From contig NC_045696.1 in assembly GCF_009834535.1 (NCBI RefSeq), forward strand, positions 76,510,001 through 76,574,000: 64,000 nucleotides of DNA, given 5' to 3'. Origin of the DNA: Camelus ferus (Eukaryota). Numbering within the stretch: position 1 is the stretch's first letter; each line of letters opens with the position of its first letter. Positions 25,312 through 38,850 of this stretch are shown here, piece after piece. The position numbers and the translations under genes were made by a program. The notes beneath the pieces are model-generated. The model had not been told where the DNA came from and did not search any database. It saw only the letters and a list, made by a program, of their open reading frames with translations.

Positions 25312-28079
25312 GGGGGAGGCTTTCAGGAAAGAATTTGCAGCAAACTGAATCAAGGAGCCATCATGAGGCCGACTCCTTTATAGCCTATTTTTAGCAGAGG
25401 AGAGGGATTTTTTGGGTGCACGTTATTTTGTTAAACCTTAGGCAGCGATGGAAATCCGCTCCCCTCCCCCGGCGCGGCCCCGGCCCTGGCGCGGCGACCC
25501 CGGCCGGCGTGCGGGGGCTGCGGGCGGCTGTTGGGGCCGCGCGTCCCGGGAGGGGGAGGGGCGCGCGGCCGCGGGGCCGCACTCCGGGACGTGTTTATTT
25601 GTAACTTAGTGCTTTTTATCGTCTTGAGGAGGTATTTGATAGAGCTTCTTTGAAGTTGGGTTCAGAAGTGTAGAATTGGCAAAGTTATTGCCAGCTTCCT
25701 GGTAAGTTTTGGGTGGCTCAGAGTCACATTATTTTCTGACAGTGTAAAGGCCACGTTGTGAGGGTGGTTTCTCGGTAACTTCCTCTTTGCAACCGATGTC
25801 ATTTTTTGAACAGAAGCAGGCTTTTATTTAAGTGAAATATTAATCTGAAATGGCAGCTCGAGGGAAGCCATGCATGTGGTAACGTGTTCAGTATTTTTGG
25901 AAGTTCCTAATTTGCTGAAACAGGCATCACTTTGCAGTGGCAACCGAGAATAAATTTAGGTTGTGGAAATGGTGTATTTCATGTAAAATGTAATGGCTCT
26001 TAAGAGCTGCTCCCGTTGTTAGGTTATCTAATAACATTCTAGAAAATAATTTGGTGACTACAAATGACAAAAGTATTGGAACCTAGTTGAAAACTAGATT
26101 TTTCTCGGTGTCTGGAGTTTTGCTTAAAACCGTGGACTGTGCGGGCACCAAGGTGAAGAGTTTCAGCACCTATGTGGTTTACAGTTGACTGAAGGAAGTT
26201 GACTCTTGGCTTTCTTGTTTTCCAAACAAGACCCTAATGCTGATCTAAACAAGCTTGTTAATAAAATATGATGGGTGGAATGATGGGTTATTTTTAGTCT
26301 GAATGGTTTGATTTCCCCCTCCCCCATATAATTAAGTAATCGTTTCCCTCCCCCCTCTTCCCCCTGAAGACTCCTGTATCAGATTGGATAATATAAGGGC
26401 CTGGTGGTATTTTTATCTACTTACTTAAAAGTTATTGTAAGAAAAATCCTGATTACACGTTGAAGATACAGTGAGTGACTTTTTGGTTTTCTCAGTGTGG
26501 TTTATTTTCATTTTTGTTAAATAAGATCCATGCTGCATTGGTGTATTTTAGCAATCTTGACTTCGTGGGACTGTATGTTCTCATCATTTTAGTAAGTTTA
26601 AAGTCTAGGGAAATAGGGCAGCTTTGTCTCCATGAAAACAGCGTGTATGTTGGTTAGTATCATGGGAGTTCATGGCAAGCCAGCTTCGGAAATTATCATT
26701 GAGCGCGTTCTAGAAATAGTCAGCGTTTACCTGTGGAGGAGGGGCAGCAGGAAGAAAGTATGCCTGAGAGTGCTTGTAATTCGTTGTTCCTTTTTGCTCT
26801 TAAATCAAGGTTTTCCTGCTTCTTTGGAATATGATTTTTTCCCCCTAGTTGTGCTGTCATGCACCGTGTGATACATGTAATCACAACCATTAAATCCATA
26901 AATAACTCCTTTTTTTTTTCCATTGGATAGTTAGAATCAGACCTAGAGGGCTAAATATTAGACTGTAAGAATGAAAACAATATGTACATGGAAAAAGTTT
27001 ATTTTTTAACTGTTAAGGAACTTAATTAAGGGACTTTTAATGGTGTAAAAATTATTGCAAAGCTCACCACCAGTTTATGTTTTTCTCCCAACATACACCA
27101 GATTTGGTTATTATGGGAGACACCTGTGGTAAATGGAGTGGCTCCTTGTGAAGGTTGTATTTTTGCATAGGTTGCTTCAAAGAAGTGTGAAATATTTTAA
27201 TAACTTTTTACATGTGTCCAGGAATCTTTTTGTTGCCTGTGTTCTCAACATCTAATTAAGATTTACCATGATTACCATGATACATGCCTATCAAAAGAAA
27301 AAGAAATAACTACTTCCTGTGTCCTGGGAACCTTTCAAGCTAATAAGCAGAAAGGGCAGACCTTAATATAAACATAGGGGTTACTGATAAAAAGATGTGA
27401 CTAATGGACCTTTTGAATGACTACCTGTTGAACAAATACATTTGTTCCTATATAGTAATGAAATATATAAGTACAAACTTGTCACTTGAGTAGCTGACAA
27501 AGGAATCCTCTAATTTACTACAGAAGTTATTACTACAAAGAATTTCTGACTTGACACATTTTGTTGAAGTTGGTAGAAATAATTTGCTGGGTTTGTTCAA
27601 TTTTTGTGTTATTTATATAAAAATAATTGAGAAGAATGTGAATGGTAGTAAGTCAAGGGAGAGAGATGATAGAAATATTGGCACTGTTTTGGACTTTGTA
27701 TTTTTCTAGTACATGGAATTCGACTCGTTTCACAAATGACATTTACAGTAGAAGTCACTGGAATGCAAAAGATAGAGCAGCTAACATCGAGATATTTATA
27801 TATCCCCATAGTACAGATGGCTGGGACCCCAGGGATGTGTAGTGAAGAATTGGTACAATTTGATCTGGTTTGGAGACCACCATGATGGTATCTCCTGCTC
27901 TATCATCAGCAGATACTTGAATGTAAAAAAAAGAAAACAGCCGTGTGAGAGAGGTGATGCTGGAGAGGTTTACTGTTCACCACCTCTGGGATTGGACTCC
28001 CTAAGAGTACCATTAATTGCCCTGTTAACAAGAGTCGGAGGGAAGGGACTCTGCTGGGGCTATACTCTAGGATGGGTGT

Positions 28080-28270
28080 GAGATGTCATTTATACTTCAG
28101 GCTAATCCTATGAGATTGGGTAGTATTGGGTTCTTGTGGATGATGAAACAGCAAGGTGCAGATAAATTAAAAACTTGTCCAAGGCCACAGAGTGATCAAG
28201 TGATGCACTGGGATTCAGACTCAGGTCTGTCTGAGCCCTAGTCCATGTTCTTTCTAGGTGACTGTAGCTG
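28080..28270. mobile_element. MIR SINE
   Basis: 'aatcctatgag...aacttgtccaaggccacag...ctgggattcagactcaggtctgtctga'. Confidence 0.8.
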
Positions 28271-28649
28271 TGCCACATTTCCCCAGCTGTTTTGTCAGTC
28301 TTGTCTAAACGTTCTTGCAAAAACTCTTGTTTCTGATCAAGTTTATAATTCTGTATTTGGGATCTCTACTAACTGGGTCAAGTGATTGCGTGGATAAATG
28401 AAATTCATAGGGCTCAAATATCATTGTGCTTAATTCTCTGAAACTGTTTAATAAGATGCAGTCTTCTTGTCAGCTGCTGTATTTCCTACCTTAAGATTGA
28501 CAGTGATGTTGTGGCCTGTCCATGTGCTGCCAGCAGAAATAAGAAAATGTGGTTCCATGCCTACAATTAAGAAGGAAAAGCAAATAAGAGTACCTCAGAG
28601 TAGTACATATTCCCCAAAACTTGTATAAGTAAAATCATAAAAGTCTTTT

Positions 28650-28880
28650 TTTGCAGCATAGTGGTTCTGTTCGGGGTTCTCAGGTGAAGTCCCAGATTTC
28701 AAACTCAGGCTCCACCCCTTATTAGTTCTGTCACCTAGGGGGAATATAACTCCCATTGTGTCTCACTTTCCTCCTTTGTAATGGGACAGTCCATTTTGAG
28801 GAGCTGAGAGGATTAAGAGAATTGTATGTAAAGTTGCTGAGAACATTAGTGACAAGCATCTGGGAAATGTAGGTTTAGGA
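28650..28880. mobile_element. MIR SINE
   Basis: 'ttcaaactcaggctccacc...tctcactttcctcctttgtaatggg...gaggattaa'. Confidence 0.7.
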
Positions 28881-29579
28881 TGATAATAGGTTTGGATTTG
28901 AAGTCTGCTTTTTTGTATTATATTATATTTGCTTGTTGTTTGTTTAAGTAGGGGCATAATGTTATAGAAGGTATTTGGCAATTTTATTTCCTGAGTTCCT
29001 GGGCAAAATAGTTGAAATAAGCTTAGCATAATTTATTTACTCTTAAAGCTGTGACTTAAGGCTTCCTTGAAGAATTAGGTTGGATTTTAACACTAAATGG
29101 GAACAATACCAAGTTCCACGGTTGTCATAGGTACAGTGGTGGGTCTTTTGTGTGCCTTTGTTGCTGTTCTTCTGTTACTTGGGCTTGGACTTCTGAAGTC
29201 TGCGCACACCATTTGAAACATTTTCCAACTATTTTTAAGTAAAAAGGGATTTAATTTTTTGAGGCTGGATTGGGCAGTATCTAGGATCTGCTTTTTAAAT
29301 TGGAGTGATTACTTTAATTAGGTTATTGTTTTCTCTAGCCACAACCTTTCATCTGTATGTGTTCTTGTTCTATATTTTCAGCTGCTGTCAAGACAGTTCT
29401 GCTTGGAGGTTCTGTTTCTCTGAAATGTCTGTGAGCCTTATCTTATCCCTTCCCATTTTTTTTTTTTAACCATTCTTAATTCAGCGGTAATGTTAACTAC
29501 TACTAGAGTTCTTTGCGTCAGGACTCTGAAGACGCTTTGACAGGTACTTGTGACAATCTGAGTGGCTAGTTTCCTGATT

Positions 29580-30215
29580 TTTTTTTTTTAATTGAAGTAT
29601 AGTTGATCTACAATGTTGATAGTTTCTGTTGTACAGCATTTTAATTCAGTTATACATGTATGTTGTTTTTCATATTCTTTTCCATTATAGGTTATTGTAA
29701 CAGATTGAATATAGTTCCCTGTGCTAAACAGTAAGACCTTGTTGTTTTTCAATTTTATATATGGTAGTTAGTATCTGCAAATCCTAGACTCCTACTTTAT
29801 CCCTCCTCTCCCTTTTTCTTTCTGGTAACTATAAGTTTTTTTACTATGTCTGTGAGTCTGTTTCTGCTTTATAAGTAAGTTCATTTGTACCATTTTTAAG
29901 TAAATTTCTGCACTTCCACATATAAGTGATATACATTATTTGTTGTTCTTTGTTTGGCTTATTACACTTAGTATGATAATCTCTAGGTCTATCCATGTTG
30001 CTGGAAATGGCATTTTTTTTATGGCTGAGTAGTATTCCATTATATATATCTATATATACACATATAAGTAGTGCCATATGTATATATATAGCACAACTTT
30101 CTTATCTAGTCATCTGTTGATGGACATTTAGGTTGCTTCCATGTCTTGGCTACTGTAAATAGTGCTGCTATGAAGATTGGGGTGCACGTGTCTTTTCAAA
30201 TTAGAGTTTCCTTTG
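29580..30215 (-). mobile_element. 5'-truncated artiodactyl L1 inserted in a MIR
   Basis: poly-T then 'aattgaagtatagttgat...gaatatagttccctgtgcta'; TSD agtttcctgatt (29568-29579) / agtatcctgatt (30216-30227). Confidence 0.92.
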
Positions 30216-30429
30216 AGTATCCTGATTATTAATAGTGAGGAAACCAACGCTTGGGTAGTAAAGGGTGCAGAGGGATTTAGGCCCAGTGTGGCTGACTTCT
30301 AGACCAGTGTTTCATAACTAGCAGACTGTTTTCTCAGTAAGTGAAGGAAAGAATGAATGAATGGTTTTAGGTTTGGGGTTAATGCATTACTTTTCTAGTA
30401 AGTTGCCCTGAGTAGCCTTTCTTCTCCAT

Positions 30430-30920
30430 CCTGTCTCTAACTACTGATAATGTAGTTTATTTAAGGTACTGGCTTCATCATGTCTGTTCTCCTGCCAGAG
30501 AACCCGTAATGGCTTCCCGTTGCCAACTGGATGTAGTTCATGCGCATCATGTCTGGCTTTTAAGGCTCCATTTTACCTGTTTGGATTCATTTCCCATTCT
30601 TCTCCAATGGGGATTTTTGCCTACCTATCAGATTCTGCAGTTTTGCTGTACTCATTACTCCTCTGCTTTTGCATGTACTGTTCCTTCCCTTTGTCCTTTT
30701 TATAGCCTAGTTTCAGTCCCACTTCTTTCATGAAGCTTTTTCTGGCCATCCTGACTCAGGATATTTTTCTTCTCTGAGGTTCCATTGCCTTTAAGGAATA
30801 TCAGAAAAGCTCCATAACTACTTACTGTTTTGTGAGTGTGTGTCACATTGCCTCAGCTGCATGCTACATTTCTTTAAGGAAAGGACATTTTCCTCATAGT
30901 ATTTAGCAGAATCCTTGACT
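30430..30920 (+). mobile_element. L2 fragment
   Basis: 'atggcttccc...aaggctcc...gcttttgcatgtactgttccttc' L2 motifs. Confidence 0.55.
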
Positions 30921-32266
30921 TTTGTATTATACTATCTTCATGATAAAGTGGATTTTTCTCTGAGGGCCCATGTTAAAATAAGAACAGTGACAGTCCTGTT
31001 TCATGCTTGTTGATGTGGCAGAAGCTTTTTGAATTAGGCCTTCAAAGTTTAGTTATATTATAGTCACATTTACACTTTGTTTTTGGTTAAAGTACTGTAG
31101 TCACATTTGACTGTTAATTTGAATTTTGATGCTGCTAGTGTTGACAAGGAAGGAAAAAAAACCTAGTCAACACTTACAATGGAATTAAAATGGATAGTTC
31201 TAGCCTCTTAATCCTGGAATAGTAGCCACAGTACTAGTGAAAAATCTAGTCTAGTTGGGAATCATGTCACACTAAGTTGGCTTTATCTGGTTATATTTGT
31301 GTTAGTTATTATGAAACTTAAAATTTTGGATTTTATTTTTTAACCCTCGGGCTTTTTTGCTTGTTATTTTTTCTGTAGTGTGTCTAAATAAAATTATGTT
31401 TTTAGCTCTCAGGATGTTTGACAGCGTTCTGACCACACTGGTGTCCCGACTGAGCCGTTGCTCTGAATATATTAATGTGCATCTATCATACAGTGTAAGT
31501 GGGTTTAATCTACCAGAGGAACATCACTGTAGCTGTCTCTCTTCAGTAGGTTCTTATGGTAAAGGTGTGCTACATCAGTTCCAGACAGCCTGGGCAATTC
31601 TAAAGGCAACTGATGTGGTATTCTGTCATATTTAGAATTTTAAAATGTAAGCTTTTCGGCATCAAACAGAATGAGTTGGATGTTACCCTGCTTTCTGAGA
31701 GCCTAGATTCTGAACTCAGAATGAATACATTCAAGCTTATAAGTGTCATGCTGAAAGATCAAAAATTAAATTGCAGTGAACAAAGCGCCCAGATTAAGGA
31801 AGATATTTATGTGAAATGAATTGTTTGAAGAATGAATGAGGAAGAATGGGTATTGAATGTTTAAACTGGAGAGTTTGCCGCCTGTTTTCCTCTTTATCTG
31901 TTGAAAGTTTGTTTCAGAAAGTAGAATTAAAGAAAAAAAAAAACAATAAAACATGGAGACCAAGGGTCAGAGATGGTCATTCCAGTATCTTAATAGAATA
32001 ATTCTTTATATGAAACTGTACTCTGGACTCTCAGACTTATTTTTTTTTTAAGTAAAGGAGATGGTTTAAATTTTTAATTATTTTAAAACAAAAACAGTGA
32101 AGAGTTTTACTTTTTAAGAACTAGACATCAATCTACATCTTGATATCTTTATTTTGTTGGAGATCAAAATTGGTGGCAGTGCTTTTCTTTCTTTTTTTTT
32201 TTTTTGCGTTGTGTCCTGGTTAGCACACTAAATAATAGGCATCATAACAGTGCCAAGTGTTTGTTT

Positions 32267-32744
32267 TTTTTTTTTTAACATGGTTTTATTGAGTAATAGT
32301 CATTTTACAATGTTGTGTCAAATTCCAGTGTAGACCACAATTTTTCAGTTATATATGAACATACATTCATTGTCACATTTTTTTTTCACTATGAGCTACC
32401 ACAAGATCTTGTATATATTTCCCTGTGCTATACAGTATAATCTTGTTTATCTATTCTACATTTTAAAATCCCAGTCTGTCCCTTCCCAACCCCCGCCCCC
32501 TTGGCAACCATAAGTTTGTATTCTGTGTCTATGAGTCTTTCTGTTTTGTATTTATGGTTTTTTTTTTAGATTCCACATATGAGTGATCTCATATGGTATT
32601 TTTCTTTCTCTTTCTGGCTTCCTTCACTTAGAATGACATTCTCCAGAAATGTCTATGTTGCTGCAAATGGCGTTATGTTGTCGGTTTTTATGGCTGAATA
32701 GTATTCCATTGTATAAATATACCACATCTTTATCCAGTCACAAG
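32267..32744 (-). mobile_element. Young camelid-type L1 3' end
   Basis: poly-T then 'ttttacaatgttgtgtcaaattccagtgtag...gagctaccacaagatcttgtatatatttccctgtgctatacag'; degenerate TSD gtgccaagtg / gtgctaagtg. Confidence 0.9.
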
Positions 32745-34869
32745 GTGCTAAGTGGATGTTTGTGTTTTTGTTCTTACTGCTTATCAACTTGAATGGTGGG
32801 TAGCGTTATAATGCTTTAAATTGAATATTTAATTCAATATTAACCAAGTGAATTTTTACCATTTTTTGCAAAGCCATAGTTACGTGGATAAGTTATTTAG
32901 CTTCTAGAAATGTATAAGAGGATCAAATGAAATGCTACCTAAAATTTGCTCTGTCATTCTCCTGATACTTATACAGTGAATTCCTGTATTAAAATTCTTA
33001 GATTCTGTCATTTAATGATTTTTTTTTTTTGAGAGACATTACATGGGAAATTTGCTTAGGGTATTTAAAGACTGAAAATACACAGCCTTGCATAGAATAA
33101 TAGGAAGTACTTGACATTAGCATAAGGAAACACCTTACCAGGGAAGTTTAGTAGTAATAGCGTATTTTGGTGGTTACCTTCAGCTGCTAATAGAACATAG
33201 CTTATGGGTTAGGGAGAGGTGTTTTATGCTTTTCTCCTTAATTTGAACAGGCTAATTGGGTAGAGTGTATACTAATTTTGTTCCATTTCTATTTTGTGGC
33301 TATCAAATGCCATTAACTGACAGTGTAAGGCAATTGGGTTATCTACTTTGAGTTTCTGAAATAAGATAATGGGAATAGATAATGAATTTCCTTAATATTT
33401 TTTCTGTATAAGTATTATTTTATAGGATAAAATTTATCATTCATGTATGAGTTTTAGATGCTGTTTGTATCTGTAGTGATGTTTCTTGGCACCTTTTTAT
33501 TTAAAAATTAATATGCTATGTACTTAAAAGTTTTTAACCCACTGAAGTGATGGATTTTTTTCTAAATTACCTTTATCTTCCTTAGTAAGCAGTATACATT
33601 TGAGAGATCACAGACTGGGGTTAGGAGTGCAGTCTGTTATCAGGGAAATAGTTTTCCTATTCTTGTGCAAAAACTAACAGACCCTCATGGGGATTACTTC
33701 TTTGACCTTAGATTTCCTTCTGTCCTGCCAGCAGAGGTCACCAGTTTTAACACCTGGTGAGAGATCTTTTGTGCAAATTGTTTCTTTACAGTTTTCTTTA
33801 GATTTGATGTTTATGGCTTTCTTGTTAGTATTTATAGGATCTTCTCAAAGATACACTTAAGTGAAAAAAACATGGAGGTGGAGGATCCTGTATAGTCTGC
33901 TGCCATTTCAGCCTAAAAAGAGGGAGAGGAATGGAAAGGAGGATACACAGGATGGAGTGTGTATGTTTGTGTATATATTGTTTGTTTATATGCTCAAGGT
34001 GACTGCAGGAAGATACACAGGAAACTAGTAATAGTGGTTTTGGGGTGGGGTTGGGGTGGGGAGGCCATGTCATCAGATGTAGGAGAAATTTATTTTCACA
34101 TATCATCTTCTGAACTGTTTGAATCTTACTATATTAGTATTAACCATTTCAAAAAAAAAAAAAAAAAAGTAAGGGTTGTGAAAAAGCAAGACATCCAGTT
34201 AAGAATTCTTAATCTTTCTATGTCAAAAGAAGAGAGAAAACCACGTTAATTTCTCCCATGTTTTTCAGCAGTTCTTGAAGAGATGGAACTGTATATTTTT
34301 GCAAACATTTATTTTTATTTCTCAGATTTGTTGGCAGAATTAGAGCCATTGAATATGATTAAAATGTGCCGGCTCTGTTTCATGACTGGGTCATCAGACC
34401 AGTGGAAGTATTTAGTGATAGTGAACTGGTGATTTTCGAGTCCTATCCAAGGTTGATAATTAGAAATTAACTCGATGCAAACTGTAAAAGGAGATGATTG
34501 TACAGAAGTTCATAGTTGTTGCCTGCTTTCACAAAGTGTTGTTTTCCCAAGGGTTTGGAAATCAGGTGAAAATGAGGGTTCTCATAGTTTTGTAGTCAGT
34601 TCCAATAATTATGGTAGTCTTTGTTATAATGGGATTTGTGGAACTGTAGATTGTGATACTGCACTGATCCTAACATGACTTGTGAATTTGGATGTATGTA
34701 TTATTGATTCCAAGGAGATAGGTGTATCAGATTCTTATTCCATTTTTGTGCATTTAATTCTGCTACAATGTGACCTGACCCTAGCCTTTCCTGAGAGCAG
34801 TGCATCTCTCTTTGGTGATCAGAGGACTAGGTAGGGTCTGTGTCTGATCTTTGGTGGTAAACTCTTACT

Positions 34870-35110
34870 GTAGGGTATTACTGTGAAGAACTCAGCCTCC
34901 TGAGCCAGGCATAGGTGGTTTGAATCCTGTCTCCCTGACTTATCAGTTGTATGGTTTTGGGAAATTATGTAACCACTCCAGTTGGTTTCCACTCTGGCAA
35001 ATGGGAATTTTTCTTTGTAGAGCAGTTGTGAGTAATGAAACATGAATGAACATAAGGTAGTTATCATAGGGCTGGCACATAGGAAGTACTCAATAAATGC
35101 TAGCTACTCC
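34870..35110. mobile_element. MIR SINE
   Basis: 'ggtttgaatcctgtctc...ggctggcacataggaagtactcaataaatgctagcta'. Confidence 0.75.
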
Positions 35111-36168
35111 TTGCTGCTGCATCTAACAAAAGCACCAGCAGCTGTAGCGAGAGGCAGAAAAGTGACGCCGCTCCTCTAAACCGTCATGGCTTTCTGTGGC
35201 AACTGCGCAGAGTGGGATGGTTAGCATTCCCAGTTCGGAGGGCTGGCGACTACATTTGGTGATTGAGCTTTTGTTGCTCACATAAGAATGTGTACTATGG
35301 AGCTTTGTGGTAGAACTGATAATATAGGTTGTTTTACAATAATATCTTATATTGAATTTGGTCACATCTTGATAAGCTGTTTCAACAAAAAGTTAAGTAC
35401 TTTAAAAAAAAAAGTTTTTTGCTGTTTGGAATGGAATCTCTACTCCTTTTCTCCAGTCTCTGAGAGATCCAGCACTGCTCTGGCTCTCAGTGAACACTGC
35501 CTGGATGGATCAGTCATTTCAGATGCACATGTTAGACACATTCTGAAGACTTTGACTTGGACTTTCACTAGGAAATACGTTTGACAGAACCTAGGATTTG
35601 TGTATGTGCAGAAATACTGAGGTAAGTGTTCAGGGAATTATGCTTACTTTAATATGTGGTACACACTCATTTTCTATACTCTTTCATTTATAAACATGCT
35701 TTTATAAACTTTTAAACTGATTTTATTTTATAAGTAATGAGAATTTCATTATTCATTGGATTCAGAAAAGACTGGTTCAAAGGAGTTTGATCTTTATGGA
35801 TTTAGAATCAGTACTCAAAATTAGAAACAAATTATGATGAATGATAGAGCATAGATAGGTTACACTCATTGGTGCTAACGTCATTAGGTAAAATTCTGAC
35901 GCTCCGTGAGGATCCTGAAAGTTGAATGCCCCAATTTTTGTAAAATATGCATACAAAGAATGAGAAATTTTGATTGCTAATAAATGTGAATGTAAGACTT
36001 TTTTGGAGAGGTAATCTGCAAACAGCTCTGGATTAAGAGCCCTGGATGCCTTTCGTAAACAGCAGTAATTATTAACAGAGCAATAACCATAATATTAAGT
36101 TTCTTATATCCCATTTGGGAAGAAATTTGGTTAGGTTGTTTTGTACTATTTAAAAACTCATACCATAA

Positions 36169-36292
36169 GCCGTGGAGGGCATGGCTCAGTGGTAGAAGTG
36201 CATGCCTAGCCTGCACGAGGTCATGGGTTAAATCCCCAGTACCTCCGTTAAAACAAGAAGTAAATGAACCTGATTCCCCTCCGCCAATAAAA
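36169..36292 (+). mobile_element. tRNA-derived SINE of camelid type
   Basis: A box 'tggctcagtggtag', B-box-like 'gggttaaatcccc', 'agtacctcc', A-rich tail; degenerate TSD aaaaactcataccataa / aaaaactatcatgccataa. Confidence 0.88.
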
Positions 36293-38369
36293 ACTATCAT
36301 GCCATAACATGTTGGCTGCCTGAAGTTACACTGTTTGATTGAAGATTAAGCTTATTGCTATGACAGTCTTAAGTTAACATCCTGGCCTGTGACCACTGGA
36401 CATCTGTTTCTGGCACAGACATCTTTTTGGTTTTGGGTTATTTGTTGTCTGTCTCACTAGGCAGGGCCTTCCTTGAGGACAGCTACATTTCAACATCTTT
36501 ATCTTCAGCATCTTGTCCAGTGCATGGTACACTATAGATTGTGCATTCATGTTGAGTTGAACCCATGAAGCTCTCTCACTGAGTTATAGTTTCCTAGTAT
36601 AGACCTTTGCTTCTTTGAGGATGATCCAACTATACAAAAGCAGAAAAGGAATCTATCCGTTTTCACAAATTCATCGATGCTTGGACTCATTGTGTTCATA
36701 CTATAAGACTTGTGAGGGTCTGCTTGATAACTTAGCATCCTGTTTGCAGTTTTTGGTGTCTGCAAAGACAGTGAATATGCTCAAAACCAGGGTAAAAGAA
36801 ACAAACACCTTGACCTGACATTAGCAGTTAAACCTGAATTTGGGGTGTTGTGTGGACTTGTCTGCATGTTCCTGATACTCATGTACTTTTTCTAATTTAT
36901 TCCCCCTTGGTCTCTTTTTTCTCCCTTAGTTATCACTTACCGGATACTGATGATGCCATCTTGCCTGGCTCCTGGTTCTTTGGATGTGCTCAGTCAGTGT
37001 ATCTGCTCATGCTCTCCCCCTTTGACAGTGACTTTTCCTCAGGGCTTAGAGGATATGTACACGTTGTCTCTTTAAACCAGCCATTGCTGTATGAGTGATT
37101 CTGTGGCCCAGATTGGATCTTAATTCTGACCCTCTTCTCCTGGTTTGTGACTACCCTCATTCTAGCGTGGAAATATCCTATACTTTCTTCCTGTGTTCTG
37201 CTGTTGAGTGTAGGCTGCCAGTGGCATTAGACTTTCATTTAATGATGATAAGTAATGATGAGACAGATTTGGAAGATAGAGGAGGGTCAGAGATGGAAGA
37301 AATAGGAGTAGATGATGGTAACACCCAGTTGTTAGGGTGAGCTACTGTAACATCCTCTACTTCTAGCTCCTGATGAAAATATCCAGGATAATCTGAGCTA
37401 TTGGGTGTTTGGAGTGGAGGTTGGAGATAAGAGATGAGAGGTCTTGGTAGATGTGATTGTGTTATCATTTGGAGCCTTCCAGAGTGGAAGATGACCCCCA
37501 TTATACTCCCCCAGCTTTATTGAGGTGTAATAGATGATCCTTTTGTCAGAGGGAGATAGTTGAGCTGCTTTCTGGAAACCAGAATTTGTTATAAGGAAGG
37601 ATTTTCAGTTTTAAACTTTGAAGTAAAATCATTGCCACAGTATTTCAGTGATATTTTAAAGAAGTATTTGTATTTAATAAGTAAAAAATTTAAAATTCAT
37701 CAGCAGACTTAAAGAATTACTAAGGATGGTACATTTAAAAGATGAACATTTTCATTTGCCTCTGAATGTTGTTAAAACAGGCAAGGTAATATTAAATGAA
37801 AAACACAGAGAATTTATCTTAGAAGCTTTTGTGTTTTTTTACTCTTTGTTTACTGGTCTGCCTGAGAGCACTTTTGTTTAAGAAGATAACTTAATTTTGT
37901 ATCCCTAGGCTCTTTGCTCCTTGTGCTGGGTGTGTTTTCTAATTTCTTGCTCTCTGCTTGGTTTGTTCCCTTTTTTGGGTCACATACTCTTGTGAATAGC
38001 TGGCTGCCTTATTTCATCTAGTCTCATTTGCCTTTCTTGCATTTTCTTCCAGATGACTCATGTGTGTTTTGCTAGTAGGTAACTTGGTTCATTTGGTCTG
38101 ACAAATCAACATAGAAGTGACTTCCTATAAGTGAGAACTTGTGGTAACAGGAAAAGTGCCTTTTTATTTTTGAGATTGTACACAACATCATCATAATGAC
38201 CTTTTGATAAATCTTATGGAAAATTCACTGGTATAACTTACACGGATGGATGCATGTGTGGTTTTATAGAATGCACGGCAGAAGTATTTGTATGTACCAT
38301 TTTGTCTGGCACTATATGAGATGCTCAATAAGTATCAGTTTCCTTCCGTTTTCTCTGTGAGTTTTCCAA

Positions 38370-38850
38370 CATACTCAGTATAAAACCCAAACTTTTTTCT
38401 TTAGCCTATGAGGGTCCCACCACTGCATGGTCTGCCTTTAGCCACTTCAGAAACCGTATCCTATCTCCTGGCACCTTTGTCCTTGTTCTCTGTGCCCAGC
38501 TATACCACCTCCACACCACTGAACAAGCTTGTTCCTATCTCAGTGCCTTAATTGCTTTGCTCTTTTCCTCAAGCTTTGCCCTGAGATTGTCAATGGCTAA
38601 TTACTTTATGTCATTCAGATTTCAGTTCCATTGCCAGTGCCTCAGAGAAGTCACAGTGAAGTAGCTGTCCACTCCCTCGCCATTTTCAGTAGCATAGCAC
38701 TTATCTTTCTGATAGCCTTAATTATTGATTTCTTTTTAAACTCACCTCTGTTATTTAAACTCTGTGAGTACAGAGTTGGACTCTTGTCTTGTCACTTCAG
38801 GACCTAAAACAGGACCTGGTAGGTGTTCAGTAAATATTTGAGTGAACTGT
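38370..38850 (+). mobile_element. L2 fragment
   Basis: 'tctcagtgcctt...cctcagagaag...acctggtaggtgttcagtaaatatttgagtgaa' L2 tail. Confidence 0.65.

Larger units (their letters stand above)
23900..25600. promoter_or_regulatory. TBL1XR1: CpG island / main promoter of TBL1XR1
   Basis: Very high GC and CpG density, many GGGGCGG GC-boxes, surrounds the first exon; gene identity is less certain than the island. Confidence 0.9.

Noticed and set aside
23669..25604. Many overlapping ORFs of up to 278 aa with poly-Pro/Arg/Gly and CVCV/THTH runs
   Set aside because: Stop-poor GC-rich DNA and microsatellites give ORFs in all frames; most start at non-ATG codons; no recognisable domain
36176..36246. tRNA-like sequence
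   Set aside because: Followed by SINE body, A-rich tail and TSD, with a mutated B box; it is a SINE head, not a tRNA gene
38053..38078. 26-nt exon-like unit (ttttcttccag|ATGACTCAT...TAG|gtaact)
   Set aside because: Very short with a mediocre donor; such matches are common in T-rich introns, and the single AP-1 site is insufficient evidence
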